DNA of 63,504 nt, the filler included, from Octopus bimaculoides (Eukaryota), in the NCBI RefSeq assembly GCF_001194135.2. It is 7 parts of 7 records of this genome, joined end to end, with 100 filler letters (N's around TTAATTAATTAA, not from the genome) between each part and the next. Parts side by side here need not be neighbours in the genome. Positions count along the whole stretch, not along the records: positions 20,227 to 42,269 come from NC_068986.1; positions 42,370 to 51,302 come from NC_068992.1; 5 more parts are not named here. One strand, given 5' to 3'. Of this stretch, positions 37,143-49,581 are shown in pieces (positions within the stretch are counted from its first letter, which is position 1; every line of letters starts with the position of its first letter). Both the position numbers and the translations under genes were made by a program. The notes under the pieces are model-generated. The model did not search any database, was not told where the DNA came from, and saw only the letters and a program-made list of their open reading frames with translations.

Positions 37143-37939
37143 NNNNNNNNNNNNNNNNNNNNNNNNNNNNNNNNNNNNNNNNNNNNNNNNNNNNNNNNNN
37201 NNNNNNNNNNNNNNNNNNNNNNNNNNNNNNNNNNNNNNNNNNNNNNNNNNNNNNNNNNNNNNNNNNNNNNNNNNNNNNNNNNNNNNNNNNNNNNNNNNNN
37301 NNNNNNNNNNNNNNNNNNNNNNNNNNNNNNNNNNNNNNNNNNNNNNNNNNNNNNNNNNNNNNNNNNNNNNNNNNNNNNNNNNNNNNNNNNNNNNNNNNNN
37401 NNNNNNNNNNNNNNNNNNNNNNNNNNNNNNNNNNNNNNNNNNNNNNNNNNNNNNNNNNNNNNNNNNNNNNNNNNNNNNNNNNNNNNNNNNNNNNNNNNNN
37501 NNNNNNNNNNNNNNNNNNNNNNNNNNNNNNNNNNNNNNNNNNNNNNNNNNNNNNNNNNNNNNNNNNNNNNNNNNNNNNNNNNNNNNNNNNNNNNNNNNNN
37601 NNNNNNNNNNNNNNNNNNNNNNNNNNNNNNNNNNNNNNNNNNNNNNNNNNNNNNNNNNNNNNNNNNNNNNNNNNNNNNNNNNNNNNNNNNNNNNNNNNNN
37701 NNNNNNNNNNNNNNNNNNNNNNNNNNNNNNNNNNNNNNNNNNNNNNNNNNNNNNNNNNNNNNNNNNNNNNNNNNNNNNNNNNNNNNNNNNNNNNNNNNNN
37801 NNNNNNNNNNNNNNNNNNNNNNNNNNNNNNNNNNNNNNNNNNNNNNNNNNNNNNNNNNNNNNNNNNNNNNNNNNNNNNNNNNNNNNNNNNNNNNNNNNNN
37901 NNNNNNNNNNNNNNNNNNNNNNNNNNNNNNNNNNNNNNA

Positions 37940-37986
37940 ATTTCTCGAGTGAATTTGGTAGACGGAAACTGTGTAAACCTGTCATC

Positions 37987-38050
<64 letters not shown>

Positions 38051-38295
38051 CGTGTGTGTGTTTGTGTGTGTGTGTGTGTGCATGTCTTTGTGTTTGCGCT
38101 CCCCCCACCACCACTTGAGAACCAATGTCGATTTGTTCACGTTTACGTAACTTAGCACTTCGGTAAAAGACACTGATAGAATAAGTACCAGACTTAAGAA
38201 AGAAAAAAAAAGCTTTGAGGTTGACTTGTTCGATTAAACCCGTCGATGTGGTGCCCCAGCATGGCCGCAATCCAAAGACTGAAACAAGTAAAAGA
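37940..38295 (+). mobile_element. SINE family A, 5' truncated by a gap
   Basis: GAATTTGGTAGACGGAAACT, (TG)n, GATAGAATAAGTAC, CCAGCATGGCCGCAATC...GACTGAAACAAGTAAAAGA. Confidence 0.75.
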
Positions 38296-38437
38296 TAAAG
38301 GATATTAATGTAATGTCTCCAAGATGTGAAAGTATTTATAATAAAAGAAGAAAGAAAAGGCATGAAAATGGAAAGTAAAGTCGACCCTACCGTGGAACAT
38401 AATATAGAACTGTTACGAACACAGGGTAAATCGCTGC

Positions 38438-38670
38438 CTTCCAGTTCGACTTGCATATTCAATGACAATCAATAAGGCTCAAGGGCAAAAATTGAAAAAG
38501 AATACATTTGACTCAACCGGTATTTTCTCATGACCAATTATATGTCGCATTTTCAAGATCACGAGCTATGAACAATATCAAAGTAAGAGTTATGACACTC
38601 AATCGGGATCACAGACAAGGCCAAAAACATGGTGTGATATACACACAAAATATTGTCTACCATGAAGTAC
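38438..38670 (+). mobile_element. Helitron RepHel remnant: Pif1-like helicase C-terminus (motifs V-VI), frameshifted
   Basis: LPVRLAYSMTINKAQGQKLKK (from 38438), then in another frame LTQPVFSHDQLYVAFSRSR...TQNIVYHEVL. This matches the Helitron/Pif1 consensus FPVRLAxAMTINKSQGQ...PVFSHGQLYVAxSR...TxNIVYxEVL. Confidence 0.88.
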
Positions 38671-40488
38671 TGTGTGGAAAACCACCGCACCAGCAACCAT
38701 CACCACCAAACCATCTCCATCATTACACATCCACATTACACCTTCAAGACCGGAGAACCAGTCGGGAGACCGTTGCATCTCTCTCGCAATTGCCTCTTCC
38801 CGCACCATACCAGAAAACCACAAAATCGCACCAGCCCACATTGTGCCTAGAGTGGGAATTTATCATTTTTGGAAGTTTCCCCAAAATGTTTAAAATGCAT
38901 AGTTTCTGGTTCTCTAAACTCAAGAGATTACAAAGCAAAAAAACTGAGTTTAAAATAATGTATGGTTCAATTTTTATAAGTCAGCCAATTTAACGAAATT
39001 TACGTTTTGTTTTTTGAATATCATAAGATTGAACATATTTTCTTTTAAAAAAAGATTTTAAATTTCTATTTGAACTTATTTAGAACCGTTTTTTATTGTC
39101 TTTTAGTAAAGCTACATCCTTAGAGTGCATGAGCCAACATAAATTTGAGAAATTTTAGAAAATGGGGGATGCATGAAAAATATCCAAAATTTTGGTAAAA
39201 CCCCCTCAAACTTGATAATTTTTTTTTTTCTTTAATGACAAATTTTGACATATTAAGGGCTAACACATTTGACATCCTCAACATTTTATGTAAACTGTGG
39301 GAAAAAAATCAGTTCAAAGGGGTTAAAAAGCTACACAGAAAGTATAATTCCAATTTGGGTACCAAACATCAAAACCAACCAAGATTGGGTAAAAATCGGT
39401 GTAGTTATTGACCCCCAACGTGATTAAACAAGTATAAAAAGAGGAAACGGAAAATGGGCTGAAAACCTGATAAATTTCTTGAAATAATTGATCTGAAAGG
39501 CACTTTTTTGGTATTTAGCCTATTTTATGGGGTAAAAAATCTGATTAGGAAGGTCAGATTCCGGCTTGGAGGATTTTGCCTTACTTATGCCGAAATTGAA
39601 GAGGAGCCAAAATACAACATAACAGAAAGAAAATATTCCCAACAAATCCCTGGATTGAAACTTTACCATAGTCTACCCACCCGTTTAAAAAAAATCGAAA
39701 AAATACAATGAACCCCCTACCACCACCACCATCTATGATTCACAAAGAAAATCAGAATCATTTGCATTAAATTCTGAAAACTGATCACTTACTATTCACA
39801 ACAAATCTTGAAACAACAATGTCCAAACAATAAATATGCGTAACATGGACCAGTCAGTAATATAGTGATTCGATTCTTGATTGTTCTTCTGTCAAAGCTG
39901 ACACCTTCTTATGTTTTGAAGAACGAACTCTATGACCAACATCACCACAAGCAGAATATCTTGGGCTGGGACGTTTCGAAACAATTGCTGGATGCGACAT
40001 GATGGACATTCTTCTGAAGATGATATGGATGTTATCCTTGATTGAAAAATGGCGAGATCTTGCAAATAATCATTTTTAACCGCAATACACCAAAACGGTA
40101 ATTTTGGTGAATATGCCTTGATTTGGTTATTTGAACCCAGAACCCCATAAACAAAGAAAAATCAAATAAATTTCGTTCCAGCTGATAGCCCTTAAAATTG
40201 TAGTTGGAACGAGCCCTCAACCACTATCAGGTGATTATTTAAACCCGAGATATTTTTCCTGAATTAACCAAACTGAACACAATGTGCAGCCAGCATCACC
40301 ACCACCTCCATAGTCCGCAGCAGCAACAGCAACGCAGTCTAATAGTGTTCAACCCCCAGTGCAGCATACTTCGCTGCCTTCTTCGGGAGACACCTCCAGT
40401 TCAACACAGTCAATTACAAACAGAACTCAAGCTGGTTAATTCTAGGCCTTGTGACAACAGCAGAAAGGATTATTATTATAAATAACAT

Positions 40489-40655
40489 TAAGGCGGCGAG
40501 CTGGCAGAATCGTTAGCACGCCGGGCAAAATGCATAGCAGCATTTGGCCGGCCGTTTTCTGTGTTCAAATTCCGCCGAGGTCGACTTTGCATTTCAACCT
40601 TTCGGGGTCGATAAATTAAGTACCAGGTAAGCTTTGTGCCTACAGTAGAAAGGTT
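40489..40655 (+). mobile_element. SINE-like family B
   Basis: TAAGGCGGCGAGCTGGCAGAATCGTTAGCACGCCGGGC...GTTCAAATTCCGCCGAGGTCGACTTTGC. Confidence 0.85.
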
Positions 40656-41021
40656 TATTATTGAAATTATTTTGGTCTTGGGTGATAAACTTAACTCATC
40701 ACTTGGTTTAACAGTACCACCTGGTATCTGGAGAGCCTTTAGTGGAGTCCACTCTGTTGTAAGCATTCGGGCCAGGTTCCTGGTTTGAGGAGACCTTTCT
40801 CCCTCCCTCCCTCCCTCCCNNNNNNNNNNNNNNNNNNNNNNNNNNNNNNNNNNNNNNNNNNNNNNNNNNNNNNNNNNNNNNNNNNNNNNNNNNNNNNNNN
40901 NNNNNNNNNNNNNNNNNNNNNNNNNNNNNNNNNNNNNNNNNNNNNNNNNNNNNNNNNNNNNNNNNNNNNNNNNNNNNNNNNNNNNNNNNNNNNNNNNNNN
41001 NNNNNNNNNNNNNNNNNNNNN

Positions 41022-41144
41022 CCACATGGTTCCGGGTTCAGTCCCACTGCGTGGCACCTTGGGCAAGTGTCTTCTACTATAGCCTCGGGCCGACCAAAGC
41101 CTTGTGAGTGGATTTGGTAGACGGAAACTGAAAGAAGCCCGTCG

Positions 41145-41179
<35 letters not shown>

Positions 41180-41372
41180 GTGTGTCTGTGTTTGTCCCCC
41201 CTCCCGATGTTAGTGCGTTTACGTCCCCGTAACTTAGCGGTTCGGCAAAAGAGACCGATAGAATAAGTACTACGCTTACAAAGAATAAGTCCTGGGGTTG
41301 ATTTTCTCGACTAAAGGTGGTGCTCCAGCATGGCCGCAGTCAAATGGCTGAAACAAGTAAAAGAGTAAAAGA
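41022..41372 (+). mobile_element. SINE family A, close to the in-window consensus
   Basis: CCACATGGTTCCGGGTTCAGTCCCACTGCGTGGCACCTTGGGCAAGTGTC through AAACAAGTAAAAGAGTAAAAG. Confidence 0.9.
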
Positions 41373-42960
41373 AAGAAGTGGTAATTGCCTGCGGTCTTCG
41401 CAGACTTTTCAGTGCCGGGTGAGATCGACGCGGTTAACATTCCTCTTGAACCTATAGATTTTACAATTTATCGAAGTAAAAGACCGGTTAATTATTGATG
41501 ACTTTTAATTAAACGCAACGTTAATGACTTAATGTTCTTCTAAGAGGTACACAAACGAAATATAAACAAACAACGAACCGTATTATAGAAAGGAAACATG
41601 GCGATATTTCGTTTTTGATGCCCCCATTGATGTTGTAATTGTTGTTCTTTAACCTCCATCCACATCAGATCTGATCAAGCAGACCTAAGTTCAAAGGCAA
41701 TCCAACTGTGGCCATCGCGATTTTACCCCATGTACAGAGAACCCAGAATTCACATATTTCAGACTGTTTCCTTTTCAAAGACAGTGAGATGTAATTTGAG
41801 AGATATTTGGCTGCTATTTTCGTAAACTAAAAACACGTAGAGCCAGCCACGTTAGTTCGTCTACCGATTGATGGCTTTATTAAACATGACAGCCAAAGAG
41901 TTCGCTTACAGCTAAAATATAATGTTACAGTACATCGGAACAGGTTGTAGTTAATTGTTCTATCAACTCTCTAAAACACATATATACACACACATATATA
42001 TATATTCATCATCTGTTATTATTCATTTGATTATAATACATCACGGGAATTTACGACTTGTCGAACACTCTAGAGAATACCAACAACGTACAGCTCAACG
42101 TAACGCGTGCTTTGGACCAGCCCCTAGGCACTGAATACCCATACACAACCGGAATATCTTATTTGATGCTTACAACCTTAGGCCGGAATCACGGGTTTAT
42201 ACAACGCTACCTGGTGCATATCTTTTCAAGTTCCCCGATTCTATCTGAATCCTTATTTTACTATATATANNNNNNNNNNNNNNNNNNNNNNNNNNNNNNN
42301 NNNNNNNNNNNNNTTAATTAATTAANNNNNNNNNNNNNNNNNNNNNNNNNNNNNNNNNNNNNNNNNNNNATATATATATATATATATATATATAGCATCC
42401 TGTCATATGTAAAATGACATGATGTTGTATAGCTTCTATGTACCAGTTCTACTCAAGACTAAAGTCATCCCACAGCTAAAGTAGAAGATCCCATGTAGTG
42501 AGATGTAATATAAACCTCAGGACCACATGTATACTAAGTGAGCTCTGTATCCATGTGTGTGTGTATGTACAGTTGTATATGAACTTATTTTAGTTGTAAC
42601 ATTATTTAGTCATAGACCTTACTTTGTTTTGCTTGCCTCTGTAAATCCCATACAAAGCAGATGATCTGTAAATTAAACACGAAAATACAAAATATTCTCT
42701 TATTTTTCTAATACTTCTGAGAAGTGATTGTAGAAGTAGCATTCCACTGCCCATCTCTTTGTTACAAGTCCTTGTTGGTTGCAAAAAGAAATCCTTATTT
42801 GAGTTATGATAAATGTCATAGAGCCAGAAGTATGATTTGAATTAGTTGAAACCATAAACCTACTTTGAAGACCCACCACACATTTCACAAATGTCTTTGA
42901 CAGAATGTGAATCTTATTAAATCAGCCTCTCATAACTTTTTGATCTTTTCCTGCTGTGAT

Positions 42961-43380
42961 TGAGAAGACCCATCAAGCCAAATGAAATCACAGTCATGGC
43001 TGATGCTGGTGGCACATAAAAAACCCCTTTCGAGCAATGGGCTCACAGAGGCAAAGTGGCTTATGCTGGTGGCATGTGAAAAGCTTCGTTTGAGTGTTGA
43101 GCCTCATGGAAGCAATGACCGAGACCATTGGCATTATGTTGTGCTTGAGAAGACCACCCAGCAAGCCAAGTAAAATCACAGTTGTGGCAGATACTGGTGC
43201 CATGCAAATGGCACCTGTGTTAGTGGCACGTAAAAGCAGCCGTTACACTCTTGGAGTGGTTGGCATTAAAAAGGGCATCCAGTCGTAGAAACCATGCCAA
43301 ATCAGATTGGAGTCTGGTGCAGCCTGCTAGCCCTGGTCAAACTGTCCAGCCCATGCCAGCATGGACAACTGATGATAATG
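42961..43380 (+). mobile_element. SINE-like family D (GGCACGTAAA repeats, AAGGGCATCCAG motif, (GAT)n tail), degenerate
   Basis: GAGTGGTTGGCATTAAAAAGGGCATCCAG...AAATCAGATTGGAGTCTGGTGCAGCC...CCCATGCCAGCATGGA. Confidence 0.75.
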
Positions 43381-43821
43381 AATCCAACTGTAACTCTCTC
43401 ATCTTTTTCAAACTTGATGTATTTAAACTACATTATCCAATGTCTTATTCTTTTAAGATGATAGGGTGTAATTTTGTGGGGAGATTTGGCTACTAATACT
43501 AGCAGGTCAGGTGATCATGTAATGGCCATTTTTTGAATTTTACCTAATTATGAAACCATTATTTGTGGGATTTGAGTGTCACTGCTTTAAGTTCAGATTC
43601 AGTTACAATCACTGAATCGGTGTTACTCTTCACCCTTTCATCATCATCATCACCATGTTTGCATGAGACACGTGGAATTTGTTGTGGTAGATTTTCTGTT
43701 GCCAGATGGTCAGACGTGTTTTTTTCAATGGAAAACTGGAAATGAAAAACACTGCTTGTATGATGGTGATGCTCATTTACAGCCATCATGTGATGTCAGG
43801 ACAAGGATATATGCACACATA

Positions 43822-44176
43822 TGGTGGGCTTCCTTTAGTTTCTGTCTATGAAATCCACTCCTAAGGCTTTGATTGGCCCAGAGCTATTGTAGAAAACACT
43901 CGTCCGAGGTGCTGCACAGTTAGACTTGACTGAACCCCAGACTACATGGTCACGACTTTCTCTCACTCTTACTTCCTGGTTCTGTTGTACCTGTATTTCA
44001 AAGGGTCAGCCTTGTCACACTGTGTCACGCTGAATATCCCCGAGAACTACGTTAAGGGTACATGCGTCTGTGGAGTGCTCAGCCAACTTGCACGTGAATT
44101 TCACGAGCAGGCTGTTCCATTAATCGTATCAACTGGAACCCTCGATGTCGTAAGCGACGGAGTGCCAACAACAACA
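43822..44176. mobile_element. Family A fragment (- strand, about 43822-43950) abutting a 5'-truncated family C copy (+ strand, about 43957-44176)
   Basis: AAATCCACTC.TAAGGCTTTG block, then TTCTCTCACTCTTACTTCC...GAATATCCCCGAGAACTACGTTAAGGGTAC...GGAGTGCCAACAACAAC. Confidence 0.8.
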
Positions 44177-44654
44177 CATCATGTTCCTGTATATATTTGT
44201 TGTACTTATGAACTCTTGTAGTTATAAGCACAAATAAATAAATAAATAAATAAAACCCACTTGTTGCAGTAAATTTGATTGCTCCACTCAGTGATGTAAC
44301 TTACTAATTAATCAATTTACCAATAGTAGTAGCACTACCTCTACTAGTAACTATTACCAACACTGCCATTACTTCCACTAGTACTAACTGCCACCACTAC
44401 TGCTATTATTATGAAGAGGCCTCTGTGTGGTTGTTTGACTCACTAGAAATAACAGTCAAATTTCCCTCAAATCACCTTAAGAAATATTACATTGAACAGT
44501 GTAGTCCATCCATACTTCTAAAGGACGATTGTAGCTGGAAACTCTTTGATTGCGTGTGCAGTCAAGGTTGACCTGAGGCCAGACAGTCTAATAGCTATTA
44601 CTAACACAAAAGAATCACTAAGTATGTGGTGAACTTGCTAGAAATAGCAGCCAA

Positions 44655-45007
44655 GTTGCCCTTAAACCACATACTTCACGTTCCTGGCACTTGTGCCGGT
44701 GGCACGTGAAAAGTCATTCGAGTGAGATTGTTGCCAGTGCCGCTGGACTGGCTCCTGTGCAGGTGGCACGTAAAATACACCATTCTGAGCATGGCCATTG
44801 CCAGTACCGCCTGACTGGCCTTCGTGCCAGTGGCATGTAAAAGCACCCACTACACTCTCAGAGTGGTTGGCGTTAGGAAGGGCATCCAGCTGTAGAAACT
44901 CTACTAAATCAGATTGGAGCCTGGTGTAGCCATCTGGATCACCAGTCCTCAGTCAAATCGTCCAACCCATGCTAGCATGGAAAGTGGATGTTAAACGATG
45001 ATGATGA
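44655..45007 (+). mobile_element. SINE-like family D
   Basis: Three GTGGCACGTAAA-type units, GAGTGGTTGGCGTTAGGAAGGGCATCCAGCTGTAGAAACTC, and CCAACCCATGCTAGCATGGAAAG..(GAT)n. Confidence 0.85.
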
Positions 45008-45568
45008 TACTAATGTCAACAGATGTAAATACAATTTCTTTAGTTTTTCTGCATTTTTTTCTCCTCTAAGCCATCTCAAACTTTTACTTCTCTCTCTCTC
45101 TCTTTATCACAAGCATACACATTCTCTCTGTCTCTTACACACACTCTTCTCATTTACAAATACACCCAGCTACTCACACTATCTCACATATAGTCACTCC
45201 CTTTCATACTCAGCCACATACAATGTGTCCTCTCTTGGTGCCATATATGAAGAAATAACTATAATCCCTGTGTGAATAAACATTTAAATTTATAACTGCT
45301 ATTACTGTTATTACGACTTCTAACTGCTTAAGTTTCTTCCCCCCACCCACCTTTATACTGTATTCTGGTTGTAATACATATCATCACATGACATTCTTTA
45401 AATTTGGTTCAGATGACTGTCCATGAGTTAACAGAGCAAGAGATTTCATATGCTTGATACTCTGGTCTCAGAGTCTTTGAATGGCATCCAGACCTTTACG
45501 TGTGTTGAACTTCATGACTGTTTGAAGAAGTTCATTTTGAAACCATCTGGTTCTGGATTATACATGTG

Positions 45569-45622
45569 TAAAGGAGTACCTATATAATAAAGGAGTACCT
45601 ATATAATAAAGGAGTACCTATA
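45569..45622. repeat. 19-bp tandem repeat TAAAGGAGTACCTATATAA x2.8
   Basis: Directly visible. Confidence 0.95.
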
Positions 45623-45814
45623 AATTGGAATGGCAAACAAATGTATCTGACCTTTACTTCTATCCAAGTCACGTCCCTTTATTCCCAGACTGGCTTAGTT
45701 TTTTTTTTTTTTATTCAAAAAAATCAATAAAATATGTAACATAGAACAGTAGTCTTCGGTGAGAGGTCAGTGTCATTAAAAAATAGAGCAATTTATATGG
45801 AGTGACTTTACATT

Positions 45815-46189
45815 GGAGGCGCAATGGCCCAGTGGTTAGGGCAGCGGACTCGAGGTCATAGGATCGCGGTTTCGATTCCCAGACCAGTCATTGTGAGTGT
45901 TTATTGAACGAAAACACCTAAAGTTCCACGAGGTTCCGGCAGGGGATGGTGGCAAACCCTGCTGTACTCTTTCACCACAACTTTCTCTCACTCTAACTTC
46001 TTGTTTCTGTTGTGCCTGTAATTCAAAGGGTCAGCCTTGTCACGCTGAATATCCCCGAGAACTACGTTAAGGGTACACGTGTCTGTGGAGTGCTCAGCCA
46101 CTTGCACATTAATTTCACGAGCAGGCTGTTCCGTTGATCGGATCAACTGGAACCCCCGATGTCGTAAGCGACGGAGTGCCAACAACAAC
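45815..46189 (+). mobile_element. Full-length tRNA-derived SINE family C with (AAC)n tail and 11-bp target-site duplication
   Basis: tRNA-like head, tail GGAGTGCCAACAACAAC, and GACTTTACATT at both 45804-45814 and 46190-46200. Confidence 0.93.
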
Positions 46190-47721
46190 GACTTTACATT
46201 AAGGGGTGGAATGTATAGTTTCCTGTAATTCAGACTGTCTCATGGTCCCAGCAGAGAAAATGGATTCGGTGTTGTCCCAGAGGATGACGACAGAGATGTG
46301 CTGGAATAAGCCACTCTGATTCACGGGGCTTGCATTTGCTGATAACCATCTTTGCCCCAGTAGCTATGAGCAAGGATATCTGGTCTGGGGGCTGAGAATG
46401 CTGGAGGTTTCCACTGCCATAGGCTCAGCCATAAAGCTATCAGAGTAACTGATACCTTGACAGTTTGCTTTTCTCAACCTAACAAGCAGTGGAACCTGGG
46501 CTTGTAGTTGAACACACCAAGTTGACACTGGAGAAGATGTCACAACATGTGGCATCCCAGGTGAGGGTCCTACTACCATGGATTGGATAATTGTCATACC
46601 AATAATATAATGGATTAATCTAGGTGACTAAAATAATCCTTTGAAAGTGGTGCTCCAGCATGTCAGCACACCAACGACTGAAACCAGTTGAAGAATAAAA
46701 GAATTGAAGGCCTTTATTTGCAGTCACATTTTGTCTGGTCAGGAAGCCACTCGTTTGTGGGACGAGAGAATGAATTTCTGTAATACTGAGTTATTTGATA
46801 CCAGGAAGTTGTAGCTTTGCTTTACTGTGGTACCAGGAAGTTGTAGTGTTGCTTAATCGTCTGAAGTTTTGTGCATAGGACACGTTGATTTTACATGTGC
46901 TGTACAGTGTATGTTACTCAGCGTGCACCCAAAGTACCATACAATGGTACTGAACCTGGAACCATGCGGTTGGGAAGCCGAACTTCTTACCACACAGACA
47001 CCTGCAAAACTCAATTAAATTCCAATATAGTCCAATTTTCATATTTTATTTTTGTATTTTTTACAATTTTACAGTATTATGTTATGAAAGTATTACAAGT
47101 ACTCTTATGTTTTATAGAAGAAACAAAATAGAAGAGACAACTTTTCAATAAAGGCAGTATATTTTCTTATTAACAATCTTCTGCTAAATGTTTATGTTGT
47201 AGAATTAGCAAACAGCTAATAAGCTTTTCTTAGACAACTGTAGTAAAATGACTGAATTTTTCTTTTAAATTGTAATGCTCTGATGAACACGATACATAGT
47301 TGACCTTAATTGTTACTTATCCATAGAAACATTTCAACAAATCAGACCCACCCTGAACAAGACACTAGCTTCAGTGAAGGAATTTCGATTTCTTGCTTAT
47401 ACTTTGAGGTGGTTGCCGACTCAACTCGCCTCTCCCTTCTTTTTGTTGAGATAAATCAAATGAAAATCCGTAGCTTTTTATGCTACAACACGAATGAAAT
47501 TTGAACCTTCGGTGAGAACTTTACTGCACGACCCCCACAAGGGTGTTATTAGAGTCACTCAGCCTTTTCGAAATAGTAGCTGAAAGGAAGGACGAGCTAA
47601 AAATAAAACGAACAGGATGGTGACAGCTGGAACGCTTCTGACTCAATGTTTGACTGGATCAGAGCTGACCTGGAGTTAAATAACTTCCCACCAGTATAAC
47701 ACACACACACACATATATATA

Positions 47722-47872
47722 TACGACGGGCTTCTTTTCAGTTTCCGTCTACCAAATCCACTCACAAGGCTTTGGTTGGCTTGAGGCTATAGTAGAAGAC
47801 ACTTGCCCAAGGTGCCACGCAGTGGGAATGAACCCATGTGGCAATCTACTTACCACAAAACCACTCCTACGC
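47722..47872 (-). mobile_element. SINE family A head
   Basis: CGACGGGCTTCTTTTCAGTTTCCGTCTACCAAATCCACTCACAAGGCTTT...CCAAGGTGCCACGCAGTGGG. Confidence 0.85.
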
Positions 47873-48188
47873 TGTACTGTTCTCTTTTTTTTTCTTCTTT
47901 ATATACATATATATTTATATGTTCTCATTTTGTGTGTTCTCATTTTTGTGAGTGTGTTTAGTCGACTTCTTTCTAATGCGTGTTCTCATTTCTAAAATGT
48001 GTACGTGTGTATTACTTTTACTGTGTGCGTGAGTGAATACACTAATGTCAGTGACTGTTTTTTTAATTCTTAACATGGGGGGCGTAGCCTGAAAGCTTTT
48101 CCGTTCGTTTTCATCACCTTACAGATGGTGGAAGCATATATGATGTGGTAAGCTAAATTTCAATCCATGAATTAATTACCCGCACGCA

Positions 48189-48391
48189 CGAGGGGCTGCT
48201 GAAAAGTTCCTGGTGAAAGGCCTGGCTGGAGGTCCATCCTTCCGAGTTCTTTTACAGGGCTTAGGAAAACTGAAGGACCACTGCAATAATTGTGTGAATC
48301 TGAGAGGGGAATATGTTGAATGAAATCATAATTAACTGATTCTCCTGCATTTTCTTTTACCCAAAGCCAGGAACTTTTCAGCACCCCCTCG
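48189..48391. mobile_element. Non-autonomous mariner-type MITE (~203 bp) with 25-bp TIRs
   Basis: CGAGGGGCTGCTGAAAAGTTCCTGG ... CCAGGAACTTTTCAGCACCCCCTCG (1 mismatch). Flanks are CA (left) and TA (right), consistent with a mutated TA TSD. Confidence 0.85.
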
Positions 48392-49267
48392 TATGTACGT
48401 GCGTATGTACATACGTGNNNNNNNNNNNNNNNNNNNNNNNNNNNNNNNNNNNNNNNNNNNNNNNNNNNNNNNNNNNNNNNNNNNNNNNNNNNNNNNNNNN
48501 NNNNNNNNNNNNNNNNNNNNNNNNNNNNNNNNNNNNNNNNNNNNNNNNNNNNNNNNNNNNNNNNNNNNNNNNNNNNNNNNNNNNNNNNNNNNNNNNNNNN
48601 NNNNNNNNNNNNNNNNNNNNNNNNNNNNNNNNNNNNNNNNNNNNNNNNNNNNNNNNNNNNNNNNNNNNNNNNNNNNNNNNNNNNNNNNNNNNNNNNNNNN
48701 NNNNNNNNNNNNNNNNNNNNNNNNNNNNNNNNNNNNNNNNNNNNNNNNNNNNNNNNNNNNNNNNNNNNNNNNNNNNNNNNNNNNNNNNNNNNNNNNNNNN
48801 NNNNNNNNNNNNNNNNNNNNNNNNNNNNNNNNNNNNNNNNNNNNNNNNNNNNNNNNNNNNNNNNNNNNNNNNNNNNNNNNNNNNNNNNNNNNNNNNNNNN
48901 NNNNNNNNNNNNNNNNNNNNNNNNNNNNNNNNNNNNNNNNNNNNNNNNNNNNNNNNNNNNNNNNNNNNNNNNNNNNNNNNNNNNNNNNNNNNNNNNNNNN
49001 NNNNNNNNNNNNNNNNNNNNNNNNNNNNNNNNNNNNNNNNNNNNNNNNNNNNNNNNNNNNNNNNNNNNNNNNNNNNNNNNNNNNNNNNNNNNNNNNNNNN
49101 NNNNNNNNNNNNNNNNNNNNNNNNNNNNNNNNNNNNNNNNNNNNNNNNNNNNNNNNNNNNNNNNNNNNNNNNNNNNNNNNNNNNNNNNNNNNNNNNNNNN
49201 NNNNNNNNNNNNNNNNNNNNNNNNNNNNNNNNNNNNNNNNNNNNNNNNNNNNNNNNNNNNNNNNNNN

Positions 49268-49581
49268 AGTCGAGCTAATCGACCCCAGGACTTATTCTCT
49301 GTAAGCTTAGTACTTATTCTATCGGTCTCTTTTACCGAACCGCTAAGTTACGGGGACGTAAACACACCACCATTGGTTGTCAAGCGATGTTGGGGGACAG
49401 ACACACATATATATACATACATACGACGGGCTTCTTTCAGTTTCCAAATCCACTCACAAGGCTTTGGTCGGCCCGAGGCTATAGTAGAAGACACTTGCCC
49501 AAGGTGCCACGCAGTGGGACTGAACCCGGAACCATGTGGTTGGTAAGCAAGCTTCTTACCACACAGCCACTCCTACGCCTA
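49268..49581 (-). mobile_element. SINE family A, near full length
   Basis: Reverse complement of the head TAGGCGTAGGAGTGGCTGTGTGGTAAGAAGCTTGCTTACCAACCACATGGTTCCGGGTTCAGTCCC. Confidence 0.9.

Noticed and set aside
39965-39985. GACGTTTCGAAAC containing CGAAACGTC on the - strand
   Set aside because: It is just a short palindrome, with no upstream core heptamer or stem II.
39253-40193. TTAAGGGCTA … TAGCCCTTAA as possible TTAA-type transposon ends
   Set aside because: Only 6 bp match beyond TTAA and the similarity does not extend inward.
42037-42270. Stop-free stretch GIYDLSNTLENTNNVQLNVTRALDQP…
   Set aside because: There is no upstream AG acceptor or ATG, no recognisable domain, and the length is compatible with chance.
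46364-46597. - strand ORF with STWCVQ, vaguely like a LINE endonuclease start (GTWNV)
   Set aside because: No downstream APE motifs are recognisable in any frame I translated.
47278-47345. CTGATGA…GAAAC spacing suggestive of a hammerhead
   Set aside because: There is no stem II pairing and no helix III/NUH arrangement in any topology.
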